A stretch of 64,000 bases of DNA from Vulcanimicrobiota bacterium (lineage in GTDB: Bacteria; Vulcanimicrobiota; Vulcanimicrobiia; Eremiobacterales; Eremiobacteraceae): contig CAWETU010000001.1 in the NCBI GenBank assembly GCA_963812135.1, positions 992,001 through 1,056,000 on the forward strand, given 5' to 3'. Below the pieces are notes generated by a model that saw nothing but the letters and a program-made list of their open reading frames with translations, was not told the DNA's origin and ran no database searches. Shown here one piece after another: positions 19,887 through 29,677 of this stretch. A program made the translations under genes and the position numbers. Every line of letters begins with the position of its first letter. The first letter of the stretch is position 1.

Positions 19887-21535
19887 GCGGGTTCGGCTCC
19901 CGCTTCAGCGCCGTCGCGCTGGGTGCAGCAGTGTTGCTCATGTCGGCCGGTTGCACCAAGATCTCGACCAACACGGCAGCCCCCGGCGCGCACGCATGGA
20001 CGCATCACGGCGTGCTGCGCGTCGGCGCCTACGAGGAGCTCGACAACCTCAATCCGGTCCTCTCGACCGAGCTCTTCGTCACCGACGTCTGCCAGTTGCT
20101 CTACTCTGGGCTTATCGACTACGACGACAACGGCGAGCCGATCCCAGACGTCGCACTGGCGGTGCCGACGCGCGCCAACGGCGGCATCTCGGCTGACGGC
20201 CTGACGATCACGTATCACTTGCGCCACGGCGTGGCGTTCTCGGACGGCGTGCCGCTGACGTCGGCCGACGCGAAGTTCACGTGGCAGCAGATCGTCAATC
20301 CGGACAACAACGCGTCGTCGCGCTATCCGTACGACTACATCGCGTCGATCGACACGCCCGATCCGTACACCCTTATCGTTCATCTCAAGACACGCTTAGC
20401 GCCGTTCGTCGGTTACTTCTTGCGCAACGGCACGCTGGGCTCGATCCTTCCCAAGCATCTGCTCGACAAATACCCGAACCTCAACCGGATCGGCTTCAAT
20501 ATCGCGCCGGTCGGCAGCGGCCCGTTCGTGGTGGCGAATTACCAGCCCGGTGTGCGGCTCGACTTGAGCGCCAATCCGCATTACTGGCGCGGGCCTCCGA
20601 AACTGCGCGCGATCGAGTATCACATCATCCCGAATCAGCAGACGCTGTTGACGCAGGTCGGTTCGCATGAGATCGACTTCTATTTCGACGCGCCGGAGGT
20701 CCAATACGAATTGCTCAAAGCCATCGACGGCGTCCGCGTCACCGCGCGCCCGAACCAGAGCTTCGAGCACATCAGCTTCAACTGCGGCCGGCCACCGCTT
20801 GACGACGTGCGCGTGCGCCAAGCGCTCTCGTACGCGATCGACTGGAGCAATCTCGCGCAGCACGTGTACCTCGGTTTGGGCGTGCAGGGCATGGGAGACA
20901 TCGCACCGTCCTCGTGGGCGTACGACCCGAGCGTGAAGCCGTATCCCTTCGACCAGGGCCGTGCGCGGGCGCTGCTGGCGGCGGCGGGCTGGACGCCTGG
21001 CAGCGACGGTATGCTCGCCAAGGACGGCCGGCCTCTCCAATTCACGATGACGACGACCGCCGGCGTGTCCTCGCGCGCAAAGGTCGAAGCGCTGGTCCAA
21101 CAAGATCTGCGCCATATCGGCGTCGACGTGCAGATCAAGAACGATCACGCCAACATGTTGTTCGCGACCTACGGCGCGAATGGCACGTTCGCGCGCGGAC
21201 AATACGACATCGGGCTCTATGCGTGGAGCTATACGATTCCCGAGCCGGACGACACGCTGACCCTCGGGCCGGACCAAGTACCGCCCAATGGACAGAATTA
21301 CACGTACTGCCGAGACGCGTTGATCGGGCAGTATCAGCGAGAGGCGCGCACGAGCTACGATCGCGCGGTGCGCCGCGCGGCGCTGGTCAAGCTCCAACAT
21401 CGCGAATACGAATTCGTGCCGCGCCACACGATCGTTTGGCGCGCGAACATCGACGCCCTCAACAGCGACATGAAGAATTTCAAACCGGCTCCGGCGGTCA
21501 GCGACTTCTGGAACGCCTGGGAGTGGGATATCTAG
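19883..21535 (+). CDS. Family 5 peptide ABC transporter substrate-binding lipoprotein
   Basis: Lipobox SAGC; NGGISADG.TITYHLR, GSGPF and VRQAL. Confidence 0.9.
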   Translation: MSGFGSRFSAVALGAAVLLMSAGCTKISTNTAAPGAHAWTHHGVLRVGAYEELDNLNPVLSTELFVTDVCQLLYSGLIDYDDNGEPIPDVALAVPTRANGGISADGLTITYHLRHGVAFSDGVPLTSADAKFTWQQIVNPDNNASSRYPYDYIASIDTPDPYTLIVHLKTRLAPFVGYFLRNGTLGSILPKHLLDKYPNLNRIGFNIAPVGSGPFVVANYQPGVRLDLSANPHYWRGPPKLRAIEYHIIPNQQTLLTQVGSHEIDFYFDAPEVQYELLKAIDGVRVTARPNQSFEHISFNCGRPPLDDVRVRQALSYAIDWSNLAQHVYLGLGVQGMGDIAPSSWAYDPSVKPYPFDQGRARALLAAAGWTPGSDGMLAKDGRPLQFTMTTTAGVSSRAKVEALVQQDLRHIGVDVQIKNDHANMLFATYGANGTFARGQYDIGLYAWSYTIPEPDDTLTLGPDQVPPNGQNYTYCRDALIGQYQREARTSYDRAVRRAALVKLQHREYEFVPRHTIVWRANIDALNSDMKNFKPAPAVSDFWNAWEWDI

Positions 21536-21537
21536 GA

Positions 21538-22581
21538 CTACAGCCCCAGCGCGAGTTTGCCGAGCACTTCGCCGGCCGCGATGCGTTCGAGCGCTTTGGC
21601 GCCTTGCTCGAGCGGATACTCCTGATCGATCACCGGCTTGACGCCCGCGAGCTCCACGAAACGCACCAGCTCGGCGAACTCCGATGGCGTGCCCATGGTC
21701 GTCCCCGCGATCGTGATCTGACGCCAAAAGATCCGCGAGAGGTCGGCTGGCGGGTTGGGGCCTCCCGTGGCGCCCGCGACCGAGATTATACCGCCTTGAC
21801 GCACCGCGCGCAGTGACGTGCCCCAGGTGGGTTCGCCGACTGACTCCATCACCGCGTCGACGCCGTCGCCACCGGTCATTTTGAGGATCGCCTTCGCGGC
21901 GTCTTTGCCTGCGAGCACACCCTCGTGTGCGCCCAGCCCCTTCGCATACTCGAGTTTGGCCTCGGTGCGCGACGACGCGATCACGCGAAGCCCCGCGGCC
22001 TTTGCCAACTGGATCGCCGCGGTTGCGAGGCCGCCGCCGGCGCCTTGCACCAGCACCGAATCTCCCGGGCGCAGATGCGCTTTGATGAACAGCCCTCGAT
22101 AAGCGGTCAGATACGTCACGCCGAGCGCGGCGGTCTGAGCGAATGAGAGACCCGCCGGCTTGGGCACGATGGCGCCGACCGGCACGACGATGTATTCAGC
22201 GAACGAGCCTTCGCGATCGCCGTCGCTGAGCATCGTGAACGACCGGCACAACATGAGATCGCCCGAGAGACAGCCACGGCAGCGCCCGCACGAGCGCACC
22301 GCATAGACCGCGACCTCCGCGCCGACCGGCGGCGCGCCCTCAGGCGGATCGCCGCCATATGCGTCGACGACGCCCGCGGCATCACACCCGAGGATCCGCG
22401 GCGGCGTGATCGGATAGCCGACGATGCCGCGCAGCGTCCAATAATCGTGATGGTTGACCGTCGCCGCGCGCACCTTGACGCGGACCTCGCCAGGCCCCGG
22501 CTGCGGCGTCGGCCGCTCGCCGTATTCAAGGTTGGCGAGCGGCGAGTCGCCGCCGAGCTTGGTCGCATATAACGCGCGCAT
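21538..22581 (-). CDS. Zinc-binding MDR family oxidoreductase
   Basis: ILGCDAAG, CGRCRGC.....C and VLVQGAGGG. Confidence 0.88.
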   Translation of the reverse strand: MRALYATKLGGDSPLANLEYGERPTPQPGPGEVRVKVRAATVNHHDYWTLRGIVGYPITPPRILGCDAAGVVDAYGGDPPEGAPPVGAEVAVYAVRSCGRCRGCLSGDLMLCRSFTMLSDGDREGSFAEYIVVPVGAIVPKPAGLSFAQTAALGVTYLTAYRGLFIKAHLRPGDSVLVQGAGGGLATAAIQLAKAAGLRVIASSRTEAKLEYAKGLGAHEGVLAGKDAAKAILKMTGGDGVDAVMESVGEPTWGTSLRAVRQGGIISVAGATGGPNPPADLSRIFWRQITIAGTTMGTPSEFAELVRFVELAGVKPVIDQEYPLEQGAKALERIAAGEVLGKLALGL

Positions 22582-22583
22582 GG

Positions 22584-23909
22584 TCAGGGAGCCCTCCGTG
22601 GTGCGGTCGTGACGTTCGTGGGATACGAGCATGTCGAGATCGGCGCGCCGGCGCGCCGCAACGTATGCGTGTCGAAGACGTCGATGACGTCCTCTTTCGC
22701 GCTCGGCACATACAGCCTGCTCGTCGCTCGGTCGAGGTGAGGCGTCCACGGCCACTTCGCGGTCGGCAGCGTCGCGATCCGCGCCAACGCCCGCAATGAG
22801 AAGACGGCGACGTTCGCGTCACCTTCGTTGGTGACGAAGACACGGCCGGCGTTCTCGTCGACGGCGACGCCAAGCGGCAGCGCATCGTTCGAGCCCGTGC
22901 CGCGCGATGCGCCGACGCGGCGCAGCGAGGGCAGCGAGAACTCCTCAAGGCCGGGATGCGAGCGCGCGCCGCTCACCGTTGCCGTGTCGTTGTCCGCGAC
23001 GAAGAGCAAACCGCGCGCCGCGGCGAGCGCGATGCCGAACGGGCGTGTGCCGGTCGCGGTACGTCCGGTCTCGCGCGCATTGCCGCGGCCATCAAACGCG
23101 TAACGGATGAGCTCATTGCTGTTGACGTTGGTGACGTAGAAGACGCGGCCGTCGGGTTGGGCGACGATTCCTTCGGGGGTTTCGCCGGCGGGCGCAGTCG
23201 AGGCGACCACCGGCGTGTGGTCGGCGCCGACGCGGAAGATGAAGATGCCGGGGCCGCCCTTCGACGCGTTGTTGTCGGTGGTCGCGAAATAGCCGCCGGC
23301 GAGCAGCACGGCGCCGGAGAAGCGCGAGTTGCGCAGCGGCGCGGAATCGTGCGTCGTCATCGTCGCCAAATCGACGGCCGTCACGCGACCCTTCGCCGCG
23401 ACGAACGCCAAGCGGCGACCGGCGTCCACCACCATCCCCGCGGGAAGCTCGGGCGTGCTCAGCAAGCCCACGCGGCGCGACGTGGCCGCTTCGCGGACGT
23501 CGAGCGCGTTGCTCTCATAGCACGCGACGAGCACCAGCGGAATGCCCGCGGGCGCCCCTGTCACCTGCACGGGCGCAGAAACCGAAACGCGTCCGGCACG
23601 CGCGACCACGATGACATCTTTGGCGGGGCGATCGGGAGCGACGTAGACGCCCTCGGGCGAGATCGTGCCCGGTCCGACGACGCTCCACTGCACGGGAGAT
23701 TTGCCATCGCCGCCGATGAGACGCGCCGTGAACGCGATCGACGAGCCGGCGAACACCGACGCGTTGGCAGGCGCGATCGCGATGCCGCTCGGCAGCGATA
23801 ACTCATGCTGCCGGTTTGCGTACATCGTGACCCCGGCGCTCAGCACGATGACGATCGCGAGCGCCGCGATCGCCCAGACGGGCTTCAGCGAAGCAGTCCG
23901 ACGACGCAA
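22584..23909 (-). CDS. YncE-like beta-propeller protein with N-terminal anchor and Ig-like domain
   Basis: N-terminal TM, VQWSV..GTIS..GVY.AP Ig-like motif, repeated P.GI/VA...YV.N blades. Confidence 0.75.
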   Translation of the reverse strand: MRRRTASLKPVWAIAALAIVIVLSAGVTMYANRQHELSLPSGIAIAPANASVFAGSSIAFTARLIGGDGKSPVQWSVVGPGTISPEGVYVAPDRPAKDVIVVARAGRVSVSAPVQVTGAPAGIPLVLVACYESNALDVREAATSRRVGLLSTPELPAGMVVDAGRRLAFVAAKGRVTAVDLATMTTHDSAPLRNSRFSGAVLLAGGYFATTDNNASKGGPGIFIFRVGADHTPVVASTAPAGETPEGIVAQPDGRVFYVTNVNSNELIRYAFDGRGNARETGRTATGTRPFGIALAAARGLLFVADNDTATVSGARSHPGLEEFSLPSLRRVGASRGTGSNDALPLGVAVDENAGRVFVTNEGDANVAVFSLRALARIATLPTAKWPWTPHLDRATSRLYVPSAKEDVIDVFDTHTLRRAGAPISTCSYPTNVTTAPRRAP

Positions 23910-24460
23910 AACGCCAGGCCTATGAGGCCGCCGAGAAATCCGATGAGGAAGAGCGGGGAGCGTTTGGTCATCGCGGAGATGGACGCGAGCACGATCGAGA
24001 TCTGGAAGAGCGCAATCGCGACGTCGAAGTCGAACTTCTTCGCCTCGAGGGAGTCCACCGTGCTAAGAGCCGTTGTCCGCTCCGACTCGAGCCGCTTCGC
24101 TTCGACCATCAGCGGCTGCTGGCGCTTGCGATACTTGCCTTCCTCGTCATGCAGTTGGCGCCGCGTCGCCGGGTCAGCCGTCAAGACCTGTGCAGCTGAC
24201 TCGACGTGCGCCTTGAGACTGTTCGCCTCGTATTCGTTCCACGTGTCCGCGGCTTGTGTCTGGTCGAGCACCGCCGCTTGTGCGCGTAGCAGCATCGACT
24301 CTGAGAGGCGGTTGGCGTATAAGCTCGAGAGCCCGGCGCAGACCGCCAGAGCCGCAGCGACCAGCGGGACATAGCGCAGCACCGGGTCCGACGTGCCTTC
24401 GAGGTGCTCGTGGGCCTTTTCAGCATGTTCCAGGCCCTCGTGGGCCAAATAGTCCGGCAC
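23885..24460 (-). CDS. DUF4337-like membrane protein
   Basis: AADTWNEYEA.SLK and LFQISIVLAS motifs. Confidence 0.7.
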   Translation of the reverse strand: MPDYLAHEGLEHAEKAHEHLEGTSDPVLRYVPLVAAALAVCAGLSSLYANRLSESMLLRAQAAVLDQTQAADTWNEYEANSLKAHVESAAQVLTADPATRRQLHDEEGKYRKRQQPLMVEAKRLESERTTALSTVDSLEAKKFDFDVAIALFQISIVLASISAMTKRSPLFLIGFLGGLIGLAFCVVGLLR

Positions 24461-24577
24461 GGCGCGCTGGTTTCGGTTCGGCCAAGCCGGAGCCTTTCAG
24501 TGACCTGCAACACGTCAGATTTTGCCGATAGTCCCTATAATTGGGGCACCAATCGCACATCTGAGGACAAGTGAGCC

Positions 24578-25057
24578 ATGAAACTCGCTCTTCGTGTGGC
24601 CATCTCGCTCGCGTGCGCGACGTTGTTCGCGGCGCCGGCGCTCGCAGATCCGAAGCTGCAGGTCGCCCCAGCCGACGAGTACTTCGGCCGGCAGAAGATC
24701 AGCACGCTCGGCATCGACAACATGATCCGCGACACCGAGGCGCGCGAGAATTTCGATCCGTCGCTCGCGTCGCGCCTCCTCGGCCCGCTCTCAAATGCCG
24801 AAGATGCGCTTGAGGACTGGCAATCCAAATATCCGCACGATTCATGGATCCCCAAACGCGCCTATCTTATGTCGCATCTCTTCTGGCGGATGCACACGGC
24901 CGACGCGGACGCGATGGCCGACAGATGCCGAAACTTGCTCTTCAAACAGTTCCCCAAGTCTCGATATGCGGTTCTTGCGAAAGTCGAGACGCCGTCGATG
25001 ATCGCTCCCGAGTCGTCTGCGCGGATGCCGACGCAGAGCGACCCCGCAGTCAAATAG
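24578..25057 (+). CDS. Secreted helical protein, 'APADEYFG' family
   Basis: Signal peptide; APADEYFGR..ISTLG and W.SKYPHDSWIP. Confidence 0.7.
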   Translation: MKLALRVAISLACATLFAAPALADPKLQVAPADEYFGRQKISTLGIDNMIRDTEARENFDPSLASRLLGPLSNAEDALEDWQSKYPHDSWIPKRAYLMSHLFWRMHTADADAMADRCRNLLFKQFPKSRYAVLAKVETPSMIAPESSARMPTQSDPAVK

Positions 25058-25098
25058 CAGAAGGCCGCAAGCCGGGGCTCTGAGAAGCGCGCATGCAC

Positions 25099-25671
25099 AT
25101 GCGCGTTTTTCGTGCCGCGCTGCTCGCGGTGCCCCTCCTCGTCGCTCTGCCATATACCGCATCGGCCGCTCCCCAGCCGCTCGACGACGATTCGTGGACG
25201 ACGGTGACGGTGGCGGCCGCGCGGCCGGCCGAACATCGCCAGGCTCCGGCAGACGAGTACTTCGGTCCGAATCGGCTCAGCAATCTGGGCGTCCGCAATG
25301 CGATCCGCGACATGAATCTGGAGGGCACGTCGCCGCTGGCGTTGCCGATCCAATTGGATCGCATCGCGGCGGTGCAAGCCGCGCTCGCGCTTTGGTCCGC
25401 CAAATATCCGAACGACAGCTGGCTGCCCGGCACGACGCTCGATTTCGCGAAGTTCTTGCAGAGCAAACAACAGGCGTTCACGGATGACCTGGCCTACGGC
25501 TATCTCTTGTCTCTGCAGGCGTTCTACCCGGCGTCGCGCGCAGGATTCGAAGCGCACGAGCTGCTCGCGCGCTCCCATCCGGTTCCCGGTTTCGACATGG
25601 GCACGGCGCCGCCGGCCGACCCCATTCCAAGCGTGGGAGACAATCTCTACCCGAAACTGAAGAACCGCTAG
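25099..25671 (+). CDS. Secreted helical protein, 'APADEYFG' family paralog
   Basis: Signal peptide; APADEYFGP..LSNLG and W.AKYPNDSWLP. Confidence 0.7.
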   Translation: MRVFRAALLAVPLLVALPYTASAAPQPLDDDSWTTVTVAAARPAEHRQAPADEYFGPNRLSNLGVRNAIRDMNLEGTSPLALPIQLDRIAAVQAALALWSAKYPNDSWLPGTTLDFAKFLQSKQQAFTDDLAYGYLLSLQAFYPASRAGFEAHELLARSHPVPGFDMGTAPPADPIPSVGDNLYPKLKNR

Positions 25672-25679
25672 CGCTGAAG

Positions 25680-26372
25680 CTAGAGCAGGGTCACGTGCCC
25701 ATCGGCGAGGCTGTAATAGGCGCCGACGATGCGCATCGCGTGCGGCGCGGCGGCGTCGGCCACGATCGTCGACTCGGCGCGCAATTGTTTGGCGACATGC
25801 GCGACGTTGGCCCGGACGGCTTGGTCGAGGGTGCCGCCATGCTGTGCGAGATCTTTGACCGCCGGCGCGATCGCGTCGGTGAGCGTGCCTATCTGGCCGG
25901 GCGGCCGAGCGCCGCTCTTGAGCACTTCGAGCGTGGCTTCAACGGCGCCGCAACCTTGGTGGCCAAGCACCATCAACACCGGCGAGTGGAAATGGCTGAT
26001 CGCGTATTCGATGCTGCCGATGCCGGCCGGTTCAGCGATGTTGCCCGCGACGCGGATCATGAACAGATCGCCGACGCGCTGGTCGAACACCATCTCCGCC
26101 GGTACGCGCGAGTCGGAGCAGCTCAAGATGATCGCGAACGGCATCTGCCCCGTCGCCGTCTCGATACGCCGGTCGTAATTGCGGGCGCAATTGACGCCGG
26201 TGTCGGTGACGTAGCGGTGGTTGCCCTCCAGCAGACGTTGCATGGCCGCGTCGGCGGTAGGCTGCTTGCCGGGTGGAGGCTCGGCTGCGCCTGCGGGTTC
26301 GCCGGACGCGCCGACAGCCAGCGCGGCGCCTGCCGCCAATAAGAACTGCGCTCGATTCGACGTGTTGCTCAT
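25680..26372 (-). CDS. Beta-class carbonic anhydrase with export signal
   Basis: CSDSRV, RVAGN and GHQGCGA; N-terminal signal; AAGGA RBS. Confidence 0.92.
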   Translation of the reverse strand: MSNTSNRAQFLLAAGAALAVGASGEPAGAAEPPPGKQPTADAAMQRLLEGNHRYVTDTGVNCARNYDRRIETATGQMPFAIILSCSDSRVPAEMVFDQRVGDLFMIRVAGNIAEPAGIGSIEYAISHFHSPVLMVLGHQGCGAVEATLEVLKSGARPPGQIGTLTDAIAPAVKDLAQHGGTLDQAVRANVAHVAKQLRAESTIVADAAAPHAMRIVGAYYSLADGHVTLL

Positions 26373-26395
26373 GGCTGGTTCCTTCGCAGGCAAAA

Positions 26396-26424
26396 GAAAA
26401 GGCGCCTCCGCGGAGGCGCCTTTC
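26396..26424 (-). terminator. Intrinsic terminator
   Basis: aaaaggcgcctcc-gc-ggaggcgccttt with a U-tract on the minus strand after the 26444 stop. Confidence 0.8.
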
Positions 26425-26443
26425 GTCGTAGAGCGTGGGCCCT

Positions 26444-27892
26444 TTAGAACTTGAGGCCCAAGCCGAGATACGGACCCGAGTGCGTGTGGTTGAACGACGT
26501 CGGCGGGGTCGGTGGGCACGTGCCCCCTGGTCCGATGCCCGCGCACGAGTCGACCGTCACCGAGTTGCCGTGTTGCGTGTCTCCGCCGAATCCGCCGTAG
26601 ATGTAGAACGGCGACTCGCCGAACGTGTAGCTCAGCCCGACGTCGTACTTGATGACGTTGTACTGCAGACGATACACGTTGTCGAAGTTCGGGCTCATCG
26701 GATCAGTCACTTGATATTTTCCGGTTTGCGACGGGAAGTCGAACACCGAACCATACCATGTGAACTGTTGATCTAGTTTCGGCAGGACCTCGAGGCCGCC
26801 ACCCCAGCCACGCAACGCCGGGAATCCGGTCGTAGACGTGTTCTGTGAGTAGGCCCCCGCGATGTACATGTTTGCCGGCTTCCAGATCTTGTACTCGGCG
26901 CGAGCGTCGATGTTCGCATCGCGCGCTCTGAACGGGCTGACGAAGCACATTCCGCCATCGATCGTGTTGAATATCGTGGCTGGCGAACCGGCAGGCGACG
27001 CGCCCGGCGTGGATTGCAGGGACGGCGTGCAGATCGGTTGCCCGGTGACCGATTGCGGCACGACGCCGTTCACGGTCGTATTGTACGTGTCTTGGCGCCA
27101 GTCGACTTTGAACGCAAAGTCGCCGGCATAGTACGCGCCTGCGGCGACGTACGAGGAGCCGACGGTCTTCTCGCCGGCGGCATACTCGTTGTACACCTTA
27201 CCGTCCGTCAGACCAGCCTGGATGAAGCCGCGATGCACGATCGGCTTCGGCGTCGGCGTCGGCGTCGGCGCTAGCGTCGGCGGCGCGGTCGGAACCGGCG
27301 TCGGCGGCGCGGTCGGAACCGGCGTCGGCGGGATGTAGCGCACGACGGTTATCCGTCGATCGCCCACCCACTGGACGTAGGCACCAAGCGCTTCAGACAT
27401 GACGCGCACCGGCACGACGAGCACGCCCTTGTAGATCTCGGGCGGTACGTCGAGCGGACGCGACTCACCGTTGATGACCGCTTCGCTCTTGCCAAGCGTC
27501 ACCTGCACGGATGCGCCCGTCTTTTGCGCGGTCACGGTCTTGCTCGCGTTATCGTATGTGACCGTCGCGCCCATCTGCTCGAACATGCTGCGCAACGGCA
27601 CGAGGATGACGCCGTTCTTCACGATCGCTGCAAGCGTTCGATTCTGCTTCAAGCGGCTCGGATTGGCGTACACGTGGTGATCGTTGTAGAGGATCGGAAT
27701 CTCGCCGCTCGGCGGCGAGCCGAAGTCCATTGCCGCGATCTGCATGCCGGACGTTGCCATTGTTGCCGTTCCGGACGCGATCGTCGCATTGACCGCGGCA
27801 ACGTTGACAGCCGTTCCGTCAGCGAAGCTGGGTGCGATCCCCGCGGCGACGAAAAGAGCCGCTGCGAAGGCCGCGACGTGGAGTTTTCTCAA
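26444..27892 (-). CDS. Copper amine oxidase N-terminal (stalk) domain + Pro/Thr linker + predicted beta-barrel, copy 1
   Basis: ILVPLRSMFE.MGATV and LVVPVRVMSEALGA.V.W; PT repeats; C-term GPYLGLGLKF; TTG start after GGAGG. Confidence 0.8.
   Translation of the reverse strand: MRKLHVAAFAAALFVAAGIAPSFADGTAVNVAAVNATIASGTATMATSGMQIAAMDFGSPPSGEIPILYNDHHVYANPSRLKQNRTLAAIVKNGVILVPLRSMFEQMGATVTYDNASKTVTAQKTGASVQVTLGKSEAVINGESRPLDVPPEIYKGVLVVPVRVMSEALGAYVQWVGDRRITVVRYIPPTPVPTAPPTPVPTAPPTLAPTPTPTPKPIVHRGFIQAGLTDGKVYNEYAAGEKTVGSSYVAAGAYYAGDFAFKVDWRQDTYNTTVNGVVPQSVTGQPICTPSLQSTPGASPAGSPATIFNTIDGGMCFVSPFRARDANIDARAEYKIWKPANMYIAGAYSQNTSTTGFPALRGWGGGLEVLPKLDQQFTWYGSVFDFPSQTGKYQVTDPMSPNFDNVYRLQYNVIKYDVGLSYTFGESPFYIYGGFGGDTQHGNSVTVDSCAGIGPGGTCPPTPPTSFNHTHSGPYLGLGLKF
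27244..27332 (-). repeat. Coding tandem repeat for Pro/Thr linker (PTPVPTAP)n
   Basis: Direct 24-nt repeats of cggcgtcggcggcgcggtcggaac. Confidence 0.8.
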
Positions 27893-28151
27893 CCTGTTAC
27901 CCTCCTGGCGCGAAGTAAATAAAACCTTAGAACACAATTTCAGTTTGCCCGCGAGTGACGATCGACCCGGCTTGCGCCGCACTTAGCCCGTGAGCAGGAG
28001 ACGGAATCGGGTCGCGTCCCCAAAAAAGCAACCCTCAACGATACGGAAGCTCGCTAGAAGGCCGCATCTAAGGGCTTTTCCCTTGCGGAACGGCAAGCCC
28101 TCCCGCAGGGCGGGTTTCCATCTCATAGGTCTGCCAGATGCGGGACAGGGG

Positions 28152-28188
28152 AAATAGGTGGGGTCTTAAACGCGACCCCACCTATTTT
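28152..28188. terminator. Intrinsic terminator hairpin
   Basis: aaataggtggggtc...gaccccacctatttt downstream of the 28209 stop. Confidence 0.75.
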
Positions 28189-28208
28189 TGTCAGCCGATG
28201 CGTCAGCG

Positions 28209-29546
28209 CTAGAACCGGAATCCAAGTCCGACGTACGGACCGGAGTGGGTCTGGTTGATCGGCGCCGCGTTTTGCGCGACGTAGACGTCGCCATCCCAAC
28301 CCGCGTACAGATAGACCGGGAAGCTCTTGCTGAACACGTAGTCCAAGCCGACGTCGTAGGACTGCAGATGGTACTGCTGTCTGTATTGCACGTTGAAGTT
28401 CGGACTGTTCGGATCGTTGACGGTGTAGTTGGCCGCCATGTTCGGATAGTAGAAATACGATCCGTGCACCGTGAACGTGTTGTTCAGGTCCGGCAGCTTC
28501 TCCAAGCCGAAGCCGAAGCCGTTGAGCTTGGGATAGCCGTAGTTGGTGGATCCGCCTGCGTACGCCGCGCCGATGTAGATGTGCGGGTTGGCGATCTTGT
28601 ACTCAAGCCGACCTTCAGCCAGCGTTTGGCGCGCGTTGAATGGCGGCACGTAGCACTGGCCACCATCGATCGTGTTGAAGAACGTCGCCGGCGTGCCTGG
28701 CGTCGACGGATTCGGCGAGAGCGACGGATTGCAGACGATCGGGCTCGCCGGAATCACGCCGTTGGTCGTGGTGGTGTACTGGTCACTGCGCAGCGACAGT
28801 TTGACCGCGAACGGGTCGAACAGCAGCGCGCCGGAGTATTGGTAGCTGCCCGTCGACGTCTGCTGGGCCGCGAACTCGTTGGAGATGCGGTGGAAGACGT
28901 ACGCGCCCTGCACAAAGCCGAGGTAGTTCGGCGCGGCCGGGGCCGGCGTCGGCGTCGCGGTCGGCGCGGGCGTCGGGACCGGTGTTGGCGGAGCGGTCGG
29001 CGGCGGCGTCGGCACCGGCGTCGGCGGGATATAGCGCACGACGGTGATACGACGATCCGGCACCCACTGGACGTATGCGCCGAGCGCTTCGGACATGACG
29101 CGCACCGGCACCACGATCGCGCCCTTGTACATCATCGGGGGCACGTCGAGCGGCCGCGATTCGCCGTTGATGACGGCTTCTGATTTGCCGAGCGTCACTT
29201 GGACCGACGCGCCATCTTTCTTGGCGGTCGCGGTCTGACTGCCGGCATCCCACGAGACCGTGGCGCCCATCGCTTCGAACATGCTGCGCAGCGGCACGAG
29301 GATGACCCCGTTCTTCACCAACGCCGCGAGCGTCCGGTTCTGCCGGAGCGTGCTCGGGTTCGCATAAACGTGGTGATCGTTGTAAAGAATCGGGATCTCG
29401 CCCGACGGCGGCGAGCCGAAGTTCATCGCCGCGTCCGCGATCGTGATGCCGGTGGCCGGGCCGTTCAGCCCATCAGCGAAGCTTGGCGCGATTCCCGCTG
29501 CGACGAACACGGCCGTCGCCAGAATCGTAGAAAGATGCCTATTCAA
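28209..29546 (-). CDS. Stalk domain + Pro/Thr linker + predicted beta-barrel, copy 2
   Basis: Same architecture; C-term GPYVGLGFRF. Confidence 0.8.
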   Translation of the reverse strand: MNRHLSTILATAVFVAAGIAPSFADGLNGPATGITIADAAMNFGSPPSGEIPILYNDHHVYANPSTLRQNRTLAALVKNGVILVPLRSMFEAMGATVSWDAGSQTATAKKDGASVQVTLGKSEAVINGESRPLDVPPMMYKGAIVVPVRVMSEALGAYVQWVPDRRITVVRYIPPTPVPTPPPTAPPTPVPTPAPTATPTPAPAAPNYLGFVQGAYVFHRISNEFAAQQTSTGSYQYSGALLFDPFAVKLSLRSDQYTTTTNGVIPASPIVCNPSLSPNPSTPGTPATFFNTIDGGQCYVPPFNARQTLAEGRLEYKIANPHIYIGAAYAGGSTNYGYPKLNGFGFGLEKLPDLNNTFTVHGSYFYYPNMAANYTVNDPNSPNFNVQYRQQYHLQSYDVGLDYVFSKSFPVYLYAGWDGDVYVAQNAAPINQTHSGPYVGLGFRF

Positions 29547-29614
29547 TCCATTACCCTCCTGGCGCCCTCGACGCCCAACTCGTCCTCTTCTTATCCCCAG
29601 AACGCCGGGACATC

Positions 29615-29649
29615 AAAACACGAAGGCGGCGCGTAGAACGCGCCGCCTT
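29615..29649 (-). terminator. Intrinsic terminator
   Basis: aaggcggcgcgt..aacgcgccgcctt hairpin followed by GUGUUUU on the minus strand. Confidence 0.65.
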
Positions 29650-29677
29650 GGGGCTTTGTCGGGGGTGCTTGGTCAGC

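Noticed and set aside
23886..23888. CTG start for the YncE-like gene
   Set aside because: An in-frame TTG at 23909 gives an adequate canonical start.
27900..28150. c-di-GMP-I riboswitch (GGCAAAC and GGGACGC fragments)
   Set aside because: The fragments occur in the wrong order and spacing for the GEMM consensus.
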